In this document: positions 1-10,529 of the stretch, in pieces
Layout of the letters: the number at the start of each line of letters is the position of its first letter
Numbering within the stretch: position 1 is the first letter of the stretch
NCBI RefSeq assembly: GCF_004765795.1
Contig: NZ_SBIV01000001.1
Coordinates: 682,001-746,000 of the forward strand
Direction: 5' to 3'
Length of the DNA stretch: 64,000 bases
Source: Halorussus marinus
Lineage (GTDB): Archaea > Halobacteriota > Halobacteria > Halobacteriales > Haladaptataceae
Notes under the pieces: model-generated
The model's input: only the letters and a program-made list of their open reading frames with translations
Databases searched by the model: none
Told to the model about the DNA's origin: nothing
Program-made: the position numbers and the translations under genes

Positions 1-98
1 ATACGGAGATCGTGTCCTCTCACCGACAAGTAAGTGCCGGACGCTCGCGGCGGCGCCGAACCGAACCGGACTTACGATCGGCGTCTGACACGAGGGGT

Positions 99-296
99 AT
101 GGCCGACACGGAACTCCGCCGCCGGCTCGCCTACGTCCACCAGACGCTCGAACTGATCGCTCTCCTGCTCGCGGTCGCCGTCGCCCAGACGAACGCGATC
201 GGCCTCCTCGCGGGCGTCGGTGCCGTGGTCCTGCTGGCGGTGAACGTCGCCACTCGGACCTTCGGAGCGTCGGACGACGAACCGACCGCCGAATAG
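99..296 (+). CDS. small membrane protein (65 aa)
   Basis: ATG at 99 (MADTELRRRLAYVHQ), two hydrophobic segments, acidic tail, haloarchaeal codon bias. Confidence 0.7.
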   Translation: MADTELRRRLAYVHQTLELIALLLAVAVAQTNAIGLLAGVGAVVLLAVNVATRTFGASDDEPTAE

Positions 297-311
297 CGGT
301 CGCCCCGCCGG

Positions 312-737
312 CTACCCCGTCTTGTAGACGCCCCGGGCCTCGGCGACCGGCGTCCCGACGGCTTCGGCGTCTCCACGAGGCTCCTCCGAAGCCTTTCGGT
401 CCTCGGCGTACACCTCCACGTCGACCGCGCCCACGTCGCTCCCACACCGGACCACCTCGGCCTCCGCGCGCAGGTCGCCGGTCCCGGCTTCGAGGTAGTC
501 GATCCGCATGTCGATGGTGGGCACCGGCCGGTCGACGAGCGAGACCAGCGCCGCGCCGCCGACGGTGTCCGCGAGCGTGAACGTGACCCCGCCGTGGGCC
601 ATCTGGCGGTCGGCGTTCCACGACAGCTCCTCGCGCATCTCGACGCGACCCTCGGCGCGACCGTCCCCGACCTCCGTCACCTCGACGCCGAGCAAGTCGG
701 CGAACGGCATCTCCTCGAAGAAGGCTTCGACGTCCAT
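312..737 (-). CDS. PaaI-family hotdog thioesterase
   Basis: MPFADLLGVEV...AHGGVTFTLADTVGG...TIDMRIDYL motifs; start moved to ATG 737. Confidence 0.92.
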   Translation of the reverse strand: MDVEAFFEEMPFADLLGVEVTEVGDGRAEGRVEMREELSWNADRQMAHGGVTFTLADTVGGAALVSLVDRPVPTIDMRIDYLEAGTGDLRAEAEVVRCGSDVGAVDVEVYAEDRKASEEPRGDAEAVGTPVAEARGVYKTG

Positions 738-790
738 ACGTCGGGTCCGACCGGCGAGCAATTAAACGTGTGGCCTCCCACGTCGAAGCT

Positions 791-1555
791 ATGGACATCA
801 CCGACGACGACGGCGTACGCACCGTCACGTTCGACCGCCCCGAAGTGATGAACGCGTTCACCACCGAGACGGCCGCGCAACTGGCCGACGCGCTCGCCGA
901 TCTCGACCCCGACGACCACGACGCGGTCGTGCTCACCGGCGAGGGCCCGGCGTTCAGCGCCGGCGGCGACGTCGAGTCGATGGCCGAGCGCGAGGAGAGC
1001 CCCGAGGCCGCCTACGAGCGCATCGGCGAGACGTTCGGCCGCGTGGTCGAGGAGGCGATGTCCTCGCGGGTCCCGATCGTCGCCAAGGTGAACGGCGACG
1101 CCGTCGGCGCCGGCCTCGCCATCGCCGCGGTCGCGGACTTCGCCTACGCGGTCGAGTCGGCGACGTTCAGTTGCGCGTTCGTCCGGGTCGGGCTGATCCC
1201 CGACACCGGCGGTACCTTCCTGCTCCCGGAACTCGTCGGGCTCCGAACCGCGAAGCGACTCGCGTTCACCGGCGAGTTCTTCGACGCCGAGGAGGCGGCC
1301 CAACTGGGGCTGATCAACGAGGCGGTCGCCGACGACGCGCTCGACGACGCCGTCGACGACCTGCTCGATACCCTTCGAGCGCGCCCGACGCGGACGATCG
1401 GGCTCGCCAAGCGCGCCATCCACCGGAACCTCGGGAAGGGATGGAGCGACGCGCTCGACTACGAGAACGTCGTCCAGTCTCAGGCCTACGAGACGGCCGA
1501 ACACGAAGAGGGCGTCGCGGCGTTCCTCGACGGCCGGGAGCCCGAGTTCGAGTAG
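791..1555 (+). CDS. enoyl-CoA hydratase/isomerase (crotonase family)
   Basis: FDRPEVMNA, AFSAGGD, VNGDAVGAG, GLIPDTGG motifs. Confidence 0.95.
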   Translation: MDITDDDGVRTVTFDRPEVMNAFTTETAAQLADALADLDPDDHDAVVLTGEGPAFSAGGDVESMAEREESPEAAYERIGETFGRVVEEAMSSRVPIVAKVNGDAVGAGLAIAAVADFAYAVESATFSCAFVRVGLIPDTGGTFLLPELVGLRTAKRLAFTGEFFDAEEAAQLGLINEAVADDALDDAVDDLLDTLRARPTRTIGLAKRAIHRNLGKGWSDALDYENVVQSQAYETAEHEEGVAAFLDGREPEFE

Positions 1556-1574
1556 TCTCCTTTTCGGCCGTTCG

Positions 1575-2300
1575 TCAGGCGAACAGCCGCCGGAAGGCGG
1601 CGTCCGGAAGCAGTTTCAAGAGCCACGCGACCGCGTACCACCGCCGGGGGACGTACGCGCGGCGAGGGGCCCGCCGGATCGCCCGGTGGACGCCGCGGGC
1701 CGCACGCTCGGGCGAGACCTCCCAGAACCGGCTCCCGCCGGTCGCCATCTCGGTGTCGACGTAGCCCGGCCGGACGTCGGTCACGGTCACGTCGGCGTCG
1801 AGGCGCTGGGCGCGGTACCGGAGCCCGTCGAGGTACCGCGAGACCCACGCCTTCGAGGCGCTGTACCCCGGCGCGACCCCGTTTCCGAACAGCGCCGCGA
1901 CCGACGAGACGCCGACGAGGTGGCCCTCGCCGCGTCGCTCGAAGTGGTCCAGCGCGACGTTCGCCCCCGCGGCGAACCCCCGGACGTTCACGTCGATGGT
2001 GCGGCGTTCGGGCTCCCAGTCGAGGGCCTCGTTGCCGTCGCCGACGCCGGCGTTGAGGACGACCACGTCGACGGCCTCCATCGCCTCGATCAGCCGGCCG
2101 AGCCGGTCTCTGGCGTCGTCAGGGTCCGAGAGGTCCACCTTCGCGACCGAGGTCTTCGTCGGGAGCCGTTCGCCGAGGGACTTCAGCCGGTCGAGCCGGC
2201 GGGCGGCAAGCCCCGTCTCGTAGCCGGCGTCCGCGAGTTCGCGGGCGAGCGCGGCGCCGATTCCCGACGAGGCGCCGACGATGAGTGCGCGTTCGGTCAT
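1575..2300 (-). CDS. short-chain dehydrogenase/reductase
   Basis: GASSGIG, NAG, YSASK (YxxxK), PGYVDT. Confidence 0.95.
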   Translation of the reverse strand: MTERALIVGASSGIGAALARELADAGYETGLAARRLDRLKSLGERLPTKTSVAKVDLSDPDDARDRLGRLIEAMEAVDVVVLNAGVGDGNEALDWEPERRTIDVNVRGFAAGANVALDHFERRGEGHLVGVSSVAALFGNGVAPGYSASKAWVSRYLDGLRYRAQRLDADVTVTDVRPGYVDTEMATGGSRFWEVSPERAARGVHRAIRRAPRRAYVPRRWYAVAWLLKLLPDAAFRRLFA

Positions 2301-2362
2301 GGCGGGAGCGTGGGGCGCCAGTGACTTCTACCGTTCGGAGCGCGCCGCGGCGACCGCCGAGG

Positions 2363-2830
2363 CTACTCGACGACGACGGCTCCTTTCATCCCCATCCGTT
2401 CGTGGGGGCGACAGTAGTATCTGTACACCCCTTTCCGATCGAACTCGCGTTCGAACGTTTCGCCCTCGGACTGGAGCGTCTCGCTCTCGAAGCTGTCGTC
2501 GTCGGCGACGACGTTGTGCATGCTCCCCTTCCCAGTCCACGTCCAGCGCACCGTCGTCCCCCGAGAAACCGACACCGCCGCCGGGGCGAACGCGAAGTGG
2601 CCCTCGTTGCCCGGCGCGCCGACCGTGACCTCGACGGCGTCGGCCCCCGTTTCGTCGGCGACGCCGTCGTAGTTCGACACGTCGTCGAACCACCCGTCGA
2701 ACTCGACGGACGTGGCGTCGGTCCCGTCGCCGCTCGCCGTACAGCCCGCGAGGCCGGCGACCGACAGTCCAGCCGCCGCCTCGAGTACTATCCGCCGGTC
2801 GACGAGGGCGGGCTCGGAGTGGTTCGACAT
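2363..2830 (-). CDS. halocyanin (blue copper Tat lipoprotein)
   Basis: DRR twin-Arg, LAGC lipobox, HNV and YYCRPHERMGM copper ligands. Confidence 0.95.
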   Translation of the reverse strand: MSNHSEPALVDRRIVLEAAAGLSVAGLAGCTASGDGTDATSVEFDGWFDDVSNYDGVADETGADAVEVTVGAPGNEGHFAFAPAAVSVSRGTTVRWTWTGKGSMHNVVADDDSFESETLQSEGETFEREFDRKGVYRYYCRPHERMGMKGAVVVE

Positions 2831-3027
2831 CGACCGAGTGCTATCGCGCGACGGACCTAAAGTATATTCTCCGTGCCGTTCGGCGGCGCTGGCTCAGCCG
2901 GCGCTTACGGCCGATCTGTCCGCGCCACAAACGACCGCAGTTACCGCCTAACCGGCCGTACCCGTCGTCTACCTGCAGAAAACTCAAGTCGACGAATACC
3001 ATTCTGGGTACACATAGATCTCCAGAA

Positions 3028-3345
3028 ATGATTTCGCCACGACAACTACGCGGGACGGTCGCGACCGACCGGCGCGTCTGGCTGGTGGCGCTCGGACTGG
3101 TGGCCTGGGCCGCGCTCGGTCGCCTCACCGATTCGGCCCTCCTCACGGAACCGGTGATCCCGCTCGTGTACGCGTACCTCCTCGTCGCCGGCGGGGCCGT
3201 CCGACACGCCCCCGGATCGTACGGGTTCTGGGCCGGCTTCGCCGTCTTCTGCTTCTGTATCGCGGTCGTCGTCGTCCGCCTGTTCGACCGGCTCCGGGCG
3301 CGAGTCGCGACCGGCGGCGAGTCGCCCCGGCGGGAGGGCGAGTGA
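3028..3345 (+). CDS. small membrane protein
   Basis: Three hydrophobic segments; ends 7 nt before the next gene. Confidence 0.7.
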   Translation: MISPRQLRGTVATDRRVWLVALGLVAWAALGRLTDSALLTEPVIPLVYAYLLVAGGAVRHAPGSYGFWAGFAVFCFCIAVVVVRLFDRLRARVATGGESPRREGE

Positions 3346-3352
3346 GCCGACG

Positions 3353-4708
3353 ATGAACCGCCGACAGTTCCTCGCCGTGGCCGCCACGACCGCGACGACC
3401 GCGACGGCGGGCTGTGTCGGCTCGGGACCGACCGACGGCGACCTCAGCCCGCTCGGGTCCGAACGCTCGATCGCGCTGGAGTCGGTCGCCGAGGGGTTCC
3501 GCGAGCCAGTGGCGTTCCAGACCGCTCGCGGTGACCGGCTCCGCTACGTCGCCGACAAGTACGGCCGAATCGCCGTCCACGACGAGTCGGGGGTCCGCGA
3601 GACGCCGTTCCTCGACGTCTCCGACCAGTTGGCCGAGCTCTCGACGTGGGAACAGGGACTGCTCGGGTTCGAACTTCACCCGGAGTTCGAAACCTCTCGC
3701 AAGTGTTACGTCCGCTACAGCGCGCCGCGCCGCGAGGGAACGCCCGCCGGGTTCAGTCACACCTTCGTGCTCTCGGAGTTCCGGGCGCGCCCGGACCTCC
3801 GGACCGTCGATCCCGACTCGGAGCGGACGCTCCTCGAAATCCCCGAACAGGGACCGAACCACAACTCCGGGGCGATCGTCTTCGGACCGGACGGATACCT
3901 GTACGTCGGCGTCGGCGACGGCCACTCTCGGGGCGGCGACCGCGGGACCGGCCACGCCGAGGACTGGTACTGGCTCAACGCGGGCGGGAACGGGCAGGAC
4001 GTCACCGAGAACCTCCGCGGGAGCGTCCTCCGGCTCGACGTCGACGACCGGGCGAACGGGAAGCCGTACGCGATTCCGGACGACAATCCGCTGGTCGGCG
4101 AGGACGGCCTCGACGAACAGTACGCGTGGGGGTTCCGGAACCCGTATCGGATGTCGTTCTCGGGCGAGGATCTCTACGTCGGCGACGTCGGGAAGGCGCA
4201 CGTCGAGGAGGTAAACAGGGTCGAGAAGGGCGGCAACTACGGCTGGAACGTCCGCGAGGGGACGCGGTGTCACGCCAACCGGTACGCCCTCGCGGCGCTG
4301 GCGAAGCTCCCGTGGTTCGACCAGACTTACCCGGTCTGCCCGGACGAGACGCCCGACGGCGACCCGCTGATCGATCCCGTGGTCGCGTATCCCCACGATC
4401 GGGACGGCGAGCCGTTCGGCCGTGCGGTGGTCGCGGGCTACCGCTACGAGAACGAGACGGTGCCCGCGATACGGGACGAGTACGTCTTCGGCGATCTGAG
4501 CGGGATCGGCTCGGGGCTCTACGCCGCGACGCCGACCGAGGAGGGCCGCTGGCCGATGCGGAGCCTCGACGTGGTCTCGGGTCCCGAGATGGCGAACCGC
4601 TTCGTCCTGTCGTTCGGACGGGACGCCGCGGGTGAACTCTACGTTCTCACCACGCAGTTCGCGGAGGGGACCGGCGCGGTCCATCGGATCGTCACGCCGG
4701 AGTCGTAG
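3353..4708 (+). CDS. PQQ-dependent sugar dehydrogenase (GSDH family), Tat lipoprotein
   Basis: MNRRQFL...AGC; EQGLLG, HNSGAIVFGPDGYLY, GFRNPYRMSF, GGNYGW. Confidence 0.93.
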   Translation: MNRRQFLAVAATTATTATAGCVGSGPTDGDLSPLGSERSIALESVAEGFREPVAFQTARGDRLRYVADKYGRIAVHDESGVRETPFLDVSDQLAELSTWEQGLLGFELHPEFETSRKCYVRYSAPRREGTPAGFSHTFVLSEFRARPDLRTVDPDSERTLLEIPEQGPNHNSGAIVFGPDGYLYVGVGDGHSRGGDRGTGHAEDWYWLNAGGNGQDVTENLRGSVLRLDVDDRANGKPYAIPDDNPLVGEDGLDEQYAWGFRNPYRMSFSGEDLYVGDVGKAHVEEVNRVEKGGNYGWNVREGTRCHANRYALAALAKLPWFDQTYPVCPDETPDGDPLIDPVVAYPHDRDGEPFGRAVVAGYRYENETVPAIRDEYVFGDLSGIGSGLYAATPTEEGRWPMRSLDVVSGPEMANRFVLSFGRDAAGELYVLTTQFAEGTGAVHRIVTPES

Positions 4709-4752
4709 CGCCGCGAGCGATCACGACGCGTGCCAACCGGACGGAAGCCGAC

Positions 4753-5214
4753 TCACTCCTCGCGTTTGACGAGGAACTTCATGTCGCCCTCGAACACCAC
4801 GGTGTCGTCTTGGTTCGTCATCGTGGTGTCGATGACGACCAGTCCGGCGTCGTCGCGAGTGCTCAGTTCCTTCGTCTCGGTGACCTCCATGTCGAGGCTG
4901 ATGGTGTCGTCCATGTAGACGGGGTTCGGGATGTCCATGTAGTTCATCCCGAGGAACGCGAGGACCGTGCGTTCGAGGATCCCGGTCCGGTAGACGAACC
5001 CGGTCGCGAGCACGAACGTCATCGGGCCGTGGGCCACCCGCTCGCCGAAGTGGCCCTCCTCGGCGTACTCCTTGTTGGTGTGGAGTTCGGTCCAGTCGCC
5101 CGCGAACGCCGAGTGCATCACGAAGTCGTACTCGGTGACCGTCCGCCCGACGCTCTCGAAGGTCTGGCCCGCCTCGAAGTCCTCGAAGTGGTGGGGTCGA
5201 TAGCTGTACGCCAT
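4753..5214 (-). CDS. MaoC-family dehydratase
   Basis: FEDFEAGQ, GDWTELH, FGERVAHG. Confidence 0.92.
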   Translation of the reverse strand: MAYSYRPHHFEDFEAGQTFESVGRTVTEYDFVMHSAFAGDWTELHTNKEYAEEGHFGERVAHGPMTFVLATGFVYRTGILERTVLAFLGMNYMDIPNPVYMDDTISLDMEVTETKELSTRDDAGLVVIDTTMTNQDDTVVFEGDMKFLVKREE

Positions 5215-5254
5215 ACCGTCGCGTTCTCCGGTCGGCGATAAAATATTATGGTGT

Positions 5255-6712
5255 TTAATCGGTGACGCGCCGGGTCGGGGCCACCCGCTCGAACTCGAAG
5301 CGCGCGCCGCCGTCGGCGCTCTCGGTGACCGAACACCGCCACCCGTAGACGTCGGCCATCTCCTGGACGAAGGTCAGTCCGAGCCCCATCCCGCCCCGGT
5401 CGGCCGCCGACGTGTACCCCGTCTCGAAGACGGTCTCTCGCTCCGCCGGCCCGATGCCCACACCGTCGTCGGCCACGTAGAACCCGTCGGGGAGATCGCC
5501 GACCGTGACGGTGACGCCGTCGCCGCCGTGTTCGATCGCGTTCTCGAAGAGGTTCCGGAACAGGTGGCGGGTGTAGGTGTCGTCGGCCTCGATGCTCGCG
5601 TCCGTCTCGACCGTCAGGGTCGCCTCCGATGCGTTCAGATCTGTCCACGCCTCACGGGCCACGTCGTCAAGTCGGACCGTCGAGGGCTCCGAGACCGCCT
5701 CCCCGCCCCGGGTCACGAGCAACATGATGTCGATCATGTCCTCGATCCGATCGAACGCTTCGGTGACGTACTCGACCGCCTCGGGGTCGGTCGCCGAATC
5801 GAGCTGGCGGCTGTATATCTGGCCGATGTTGACGGGGTTTCGGAGTTCGTGTGCGAGCAGGCTGGCGAAACTGTCGAGGCGCTCGTTCTGGCGCTCCAGT
5901 CGGCGCTCGCGCTCGTTACGTTCGGTCACGTCTCGGACGATTACCGCCCGGTCGGGGTCGCCGCCGTCGGGGCGGGCGAGCGGCGCGACGCTCCACTCGG
6001 CCGTGATCGTCTCCCCGGTGGCTGTCTGGAGCGCCGTCTCGTAGGTGCTCGGGGTGGCCGAGTCGGGCGTCAAATTGCGCTCGACCTCCTCGATGATGTC
6101 GTCTGCGCGTTCGGTCTCGTTGGCGACGAGGGAGGTGTGTGCCCCCAGAAGCTCCTCGCGGTCGTAGCCGACCAGTTCGGTGTAGGCGTCGTTGACCAGC
6201 CTGAAGCGGTTGTCGGCGTCGGCGACGAAGATGCCGTCGTCGACCGCTTCGACGATCGTGCGGTAGCGTTCGAGCTGGCGGCTGTACTCCTCGGCGTCGA
6301 CGGCCCGCGTCCGGCCCTGCCCGTCGTGGTATCCCATCCCGAGACCCGCGACGCTGGCGAGCGACGAGAGGATCAGGAAGTTCCCGAGGGGATCGGTGAG
6401 CGAGGAGACCGCCGCGATCAGGAGGAGAACGCCGACGATGACGCCGACGGCCCGGAGACACCAGACCGCGACGACGTGGTAGAGGTCGGGTCGGATGTCC
6501 GACTCCGGGAGCCGATACCCTCCGTACAAGAGCACGATCCCGCTCAGGCCGACGAGCAGCGAGACGACCTGCAGTTCGTCGGCTGATCGACCGGCCTCCG
6601 ACACGATCGGAAAGCCGACCGCGACCGCGACGTAGAGTCCGCCGAGCCCCAGAACGAAGCGCCGTCCCCCGACGGCCTCGACCCCCCGCGACAGGTACCC
6701 CATTACCCGCAT
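5255..6712 (-). CDS. membrane PAS sensor histidine kinase
   Basis: About 5 N-terminal TM segments, PAS, H-box AHELRNP, NLFENAIEH, DDGVG, GMGLGL; start is 6712 or 6703. Confidence 0.92.
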   Translation of the reverse strand: MRVMGYLSRGVEAVGGRRFVLGLGGLYVAVAVGFPIVSEAGRSADELQVVSLLVGLSGIVLLYGGYRLPESDIRPDLYHVVAVWCLRAVGVIVGVLLLIAAVSSLTDPLGNFLILSSLASVAGLGMGYHDGQGRTRAVDAEEYSRQLERYRTIVEAVDDGIFVADADNRFRLVNDAYTELVGYDREELLGAHTSLVANETERADDIIEEVERNLTPDSATPSTYETALQTATGETITAEWSVAPLARPDGGDPDRAVIVRDVTERNERERRLERQNERLDSFASLLAHELRNPVNIGQIYSRQLDSATDPEAVEYVTEAFDRIEDMIDIMLLVTRGGEAVSEPSTVRLDDVAREAWTDLNASEATLTVETDASIEADDTYTRHLFRNLFENAIEHGGDGVTVTVGDLPDGFYVADDGVGIGPAERETVFETGYTSAADRGGMGLGLTFVQEMADVYGWRCSVTESADGGARFEFERVAPTRRVTD

Positions 6713-6901
6713 ATTAGCCAGTCGGTGGTGATGACGATTGTGGTCCTCTGAACTGTCACGTACGGGGTGGGTTCGCTCCCGTCGAGTCCCGACGCCCCGG
6801 GCTCGGGCGGATCGCGTTCGTCCCGGTCGCCTCGCGCCGCGCCGACCGCCTTTCCTTTTCAATTCCAATGAATTTTTGAACCAGTGGTCTCATGCACGCG
6901 T

Positions 6902-8155
6902 ATGAAGCGCCGTCCGTTCCTCCGGACCGTCGCCGGCGCGCTGGGGACCGGCGGGTGTGTGGGTCGGGCCGAGACGCCCCCGAGCGCTGTCGAGGCGACC
7001 GCCGATACGACTCCCCCCGACGGGTCGCTCGCCGTCGACCGCGTCGCGGCGTACGATCGGGCCGTGCGGCTCAACGATCTCGGCGAGGACCCCGACGGCG
7101 AGGTCGCGGAGTTCTCCGGGCTCGGAGACCGCGAGCGAGCGGTCGTCGACGCCGCCCTCGCCGGCGGCTACGAGACCGACGACCCGCCGACGTGGCTGGT
7201 GAAGTTCGCGAGCGGGACCGCCGTCGTCGAGCGCGAGGGGACCTACTACCGACTCGAACACACCCTCCCGACGACCGCGATCTCCGGGGAGGCCGTCGCG
7301 GCCTCGACCGTCGACGGCGAGATCGCGGACCACCAGACCTACGAGGACGCGGTCACCCACGACGGCCGGATCGCGACCGGGCTGGTCCGGCTCGCCCGGC
7401 GCGAGGGCGTCGAACTCACCTACGTCTGGCCCGGCCTCCGACGATTCTTGCGGGAGTACGACGCGGTCGAGTACCGGGGGACGGTGACGGCGTTGTCGGT
7501 GGAGGTCGACGACGGGGGCCCGCCCTACCGGCTCTCGGCCGGCGAGGCCTCGGTCTCCGCGGCGGTCGACGCCCCGGTGTGGAACGCCGCCACCGCCGAT
7601 CCGGCGGTCCGCGAACTCCTCGGGCGCGCGGCGGCGACCCGGGGCGCGTACGGCGTCGACGCCGCGCCCGACCGGTTCTTCGAGCGCGTCGCCGCTCACC
7701 CGTACGTCTACCTCGACGGCACGTTCTACGCGGCTTCCGTCGAGCGACGCGAGTCGACGTCGGTCTCGGTCGACGCCTCGGTCGCGGACGGAATCGTCCG
7801 GCTCTCGCTTCGCAACGTCGCCGATCGAGAGCTCTCGGTGACCGGACCCGTCCCGGCGCCGTTCGGCGTCCTCGACTGCCACCCGGTCGACGATCCCGAC
7901 GACCGGCGACTGCTCTGGAGCGACGCCTACGCCGCGAGCGACCACGTCCGAACCGACGGCCGGTCCGTCGAGCGGGTCGCGGACATCGAGGTCACCTCGT
8001 CGGTCGCGCCCGGCGAGCGGGTAGAAGCGACCTACGGGGTTCGCCCCGAGGCGCTCGCGAGCGGTCGATACGCCGTCGATGGCTCGGTCGGCGTCGAGCG
8101 CGACGGCGAGCGGTCGGTCCCGGTTCGGTACCGCGTCGAGTTCACGGTCCGGTAG
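6902..8155 (+). CDS. Tat lipoprotein of unknown function with internal repeats
   Basis: MKRRPFL...GGC; about three imperfect repeats ending in xGTYY/F. Confidence 0.8.
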   Translation: MKRRPFLRTVAGALGTGGCVGRAETPPSAVEATADTTPPDGSLAVDRVAAYDRAVRLNDLGEDPDGEVAEFSGLGDRERAVVDAALAGGYETDDPPTWLVKFASGTAVVEREGTYYRLEHTLPTTAISGEAVAASTVDGEIADHQTYEDAVTHDGRIATGLVRLARREGVELTYVWPGLRRFLREYDAVEYRGTVTALSVEVDDGGPPYRLSAGEASVSAAVDAPVWNAATADPAVRELLGRAAATRGAYGVDAAPDRFFERVAAHPYVYLDGTFYAASVERRESTSVSVDASVADGIVRLSLRNVADRELSVTGPVPAPFGVLDCHPVDDPDDRRLLWSDAYAASDHVRTDGRSVERVADIEVTSSVAPGERVEATYGVRPEALASGRYAVDGSVGVERDGERSVPVRYRVEFTVR

Positions 8156-8166
8156 CTCGGCCGGGG

Positions 8167-9453
8167 TCAGCGGTGGTCGTACACGCGCTTTACCTTCCCG
8201 ACCTCCGTGCGCTCGATAGAGCCCGGCTCGACGACCTCGACCGCGTCCGGCTCGATTTCGAGCACGTCCCGAAGCGCCGACTCGATCCGGTCTCTGAGCT
8301 GGTCGGGCGTCCCCCTGAACGCCTCATGGTGTTCGACGGTGATCTCCATCCGGTCGAGGCTGTCCTCCCGGTAGAGGTCGATCCGGTAGTGGGGCGCGAC
8401 GTCGCCGAGATCGAGCACGACGTCCTCGATCTGGCTCGGGTAGACGTTGACGCCCCGGACGATTAGCAGGTCGTCGGTCCGGCCGGTGACGTTGTCCATC
8501 CGGACCGCCGTGCGGCCACACGCACACCGCTCGTAGGTCAGCGAGGTGATGTCGCCGGTCCGGTACCGGATCGCCGGCAGGGCCTCCTTGGTGAGGGTGG
8601 TGAGCACGAGTTCGCCCGACTCGCCCTCGGGCAGGACCTCGCCGGTCTCGGGGTCGACGACTTCGGGGTAGAAGTGGTCTTCCCAGACGTGGAGCCCGTC
8701 TTGGGCCTCCTCGCACTCGATCGAGACGCCCGGGCCGATGATCTCCGAGAGGCCGTACACGTCGAGTGCACTCACGCCCAGCGCGCGCTCGATCTCCTCG
8801 CGCATCGGATCGGTGAACGGCTCGGCGCCGATGATCACCCGCGAGAGCGGGAGCTTCCGGACGTCCATCATCCGATCCTCGGCGGCCTCCGCGAGGTAGA
8901 GGCAGTACGACGGCGTGCACGCGAGGGCGTCACTATCGAGGTCCCGGAGCATGTCGAGCTGGCGGGCGGTGTTGCCGCCGCCGGTCGGGATGACGGTCGC
9001 GCCGAGCTCCTCGACGCCGTCGTGGAAGCCGAGCCCGCCGGTAAACAGGCCGTAGCCGTACGCGTTCTGGACCGTCTCGCCCGGCCGGACGCCCGCGGCG
9101 TGGAGCGACCGCGCCATCACCTCCCTCCAGACGCCGAGGTCCTCGTCGGTGTACGCGACGATCTTGGGCTTGCCGGTGGTGCCCGAAGAGGCGTGGATCC
9201 GACGCACGTCGTCGTGGTCGACCGCGAACAGCCCGTCCGGATACTCGTCGCGGAAGTCGGTCTTGGTCGTGAACGGGAGCTTCGAGACGTCCTCGACGCC
9301 CTCGATCTCGTCCGGATCGACGCCCGCCTCGTCGAGCGCCTCGCGGTAGAAATCGACGTTCTCGTAGGCGTTCGCGACGGTCTCGGCCAGCCGTTCGCTT
9401 TGGAGGGCCCGGAGCTCCTCGCGGGGCGCCGACTCGATGTCACTGTAAACCAT
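8167..9453 (-). CDS. paaK: phenylacetate--CoA ligase
   Basis: HASSGTTGKP, YGYGLFTGGLG, DVYGLSE, YRTGD; real start ATG 9453 lies within the long ORF 8167..11892. Confidence 0.95.
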   Translation of the reverse strand: MVYSDIESAPREELRALQSERLAETVANAYENVDFYREALDEAGVDPDEIEGVEDVSKLPFTTKTDFRDEYPDGLFAVDHDDVRRIHASSGTTGKPKIVAYTDEDLGVWREVMARSLHAAGVRPGETVQNAYGYGLFTGGLGFHDGVEELGATVIPTGGGNTARQLDMLRDLDSDALACTPSYCLYLAEAAEDRMMDVRKLPLSRVIIGAEPFTDPMREEIERALGVSALDVYGLSEIIGPGVSIECEEAQDGLHVWEDHFYPEVVDPETGEVLPEGESGELVLTTLTKEALPAIRYRTGDITSLTYERCACGRTAVRMDNVTGRTDDLLIVRGVNVYPSQIEDVVLDLGDVAPHYRIDLYREDSLDRMEITVEHHEAFRGTPDQLRDRIESALRDVLEIEPDAVEVVEPGSIERTEVGKVKRVYDHR

Positions 9454-9536
9454 GACAGACAACAGTTCGCAAGGCGAAGCCAAAACTGTTTGGCCCCCGA
9501 GGTTTCGGGGCGTTCGCGACCCGCTTTGGCGCCGGC

Positions 9537-10529
9537 TCAGAACGCCAACCGGGCGACCGCCAGCGACACCGCGCTCACGACCGCCAGCGACACCCCGACC
9601 ACCGCGACCGGTCGGAGCCCCGCGCCCCGGAGTTCCCGGAGTTCGACGCTCGCGCCGAGGCCCGCGAACGCGACCAGAAACGCCCACCGGGAGGCCGTCT
9701 CGACGCGGGCCAGCGCCGGGTCGGCGACCGCCCCCGAACTCGCCAGCGCGACGAGTGCGACGAACCCAACCACGAACTTCGGAACGCCGTCCCAGACCGC
9801 CCGGATCGACCCGCCCGCCGACTGGCCGGTCCGGGCGTAGACCATCGAGTAGCCGACCACGAGCGCCCCCAGCAGGGCGTTGCGAGTGAGTTTCGTCAGC
9901 GTGGCCCACTGTCCGGCGACCTCCGAGTGGGCGAACCCCGCGGCCGTGACCGGGCCGGTCGAGAACATGCTGAGGCCCGCCCAGACGCCGAACACCCGGT
10001 CGGGAACCCCGAGCAGATGGCCGACCGCCGGGTAGGCGACCAGCGTGACCGCGTCGAAGACCAGAATCGTCGTCGTGGCGTACGCGACGTGGCGCTCGTC
10101 GGCCCGGACCGCGCCGGCGACCCCCACCACCGCCGAGACGCCACAGACGCTCGCGCCGGCCGCCAGCAGCGAGCCGAGTCGGTCCCCGAGGCCGAACACC
10201 GATCGCGAGAGCGCCTCGACGAGCGCGAGCGAGAGCGCGACCACGCCGACCACGGCGACCCCGAGCGCGGGACCGGCCTCGACCACCGCGTCGAGCGAGA
10301 CGCGCGCGCCCATCAGCACGATGCCGACTTCGAGCCAGAGCTTGTACGTCTCGGCGCCCGGCCGGAGCACGGCCGGCACGCCGACGGTGTTGGCGACGAT
10401 CGCGCCGATCGCGACTGCGGCCAGCAACGCGTTCACCGGCGCGATCGCTCCGAGCGCGCCGGCACCGAGTCCGACCGCGACGAGAAAGCCCAGCCCGGGG
10501 GCGAGACCTCGGAGCGACCCCGCCGTCAC
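9537..10529 (-). CDS. YeiH / putative sulfate exporter family membrane protein
   Basis: LEVGIVLMGA, GASVCGVSAV, ATLTKLTRN; GTG start at 10529. Confidence 0.9.
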   Translation of the reverse strand: MTAGSLRGLAPGLGFLVAVGLGAGALGAIAPVNALLAAVAIGAIVANTVGVPAVLRPGAETYKLWLEVGIVLMGARVSLDAVVEAGPALGVAVVGVVALSLALVEALSRSVFGLGDRLGSLLAAGASVCGVSAVVGVAGAVRADERHVAYATTTILVFDAVTLVAYPAVGHLLGVPDRVFGVWAGLSMFSTGPVTAAGFAHSEVAGQWATLTKLTRNALLGALVVGYSMVYARTGQSAGGSIRAVWDGVPKFVVGFVALVALASSGAVADPALARVETASRWAFLVAFAGLGASVELRELRGAGLRPVAVVGVSLAVVSAVSLAVARLAF

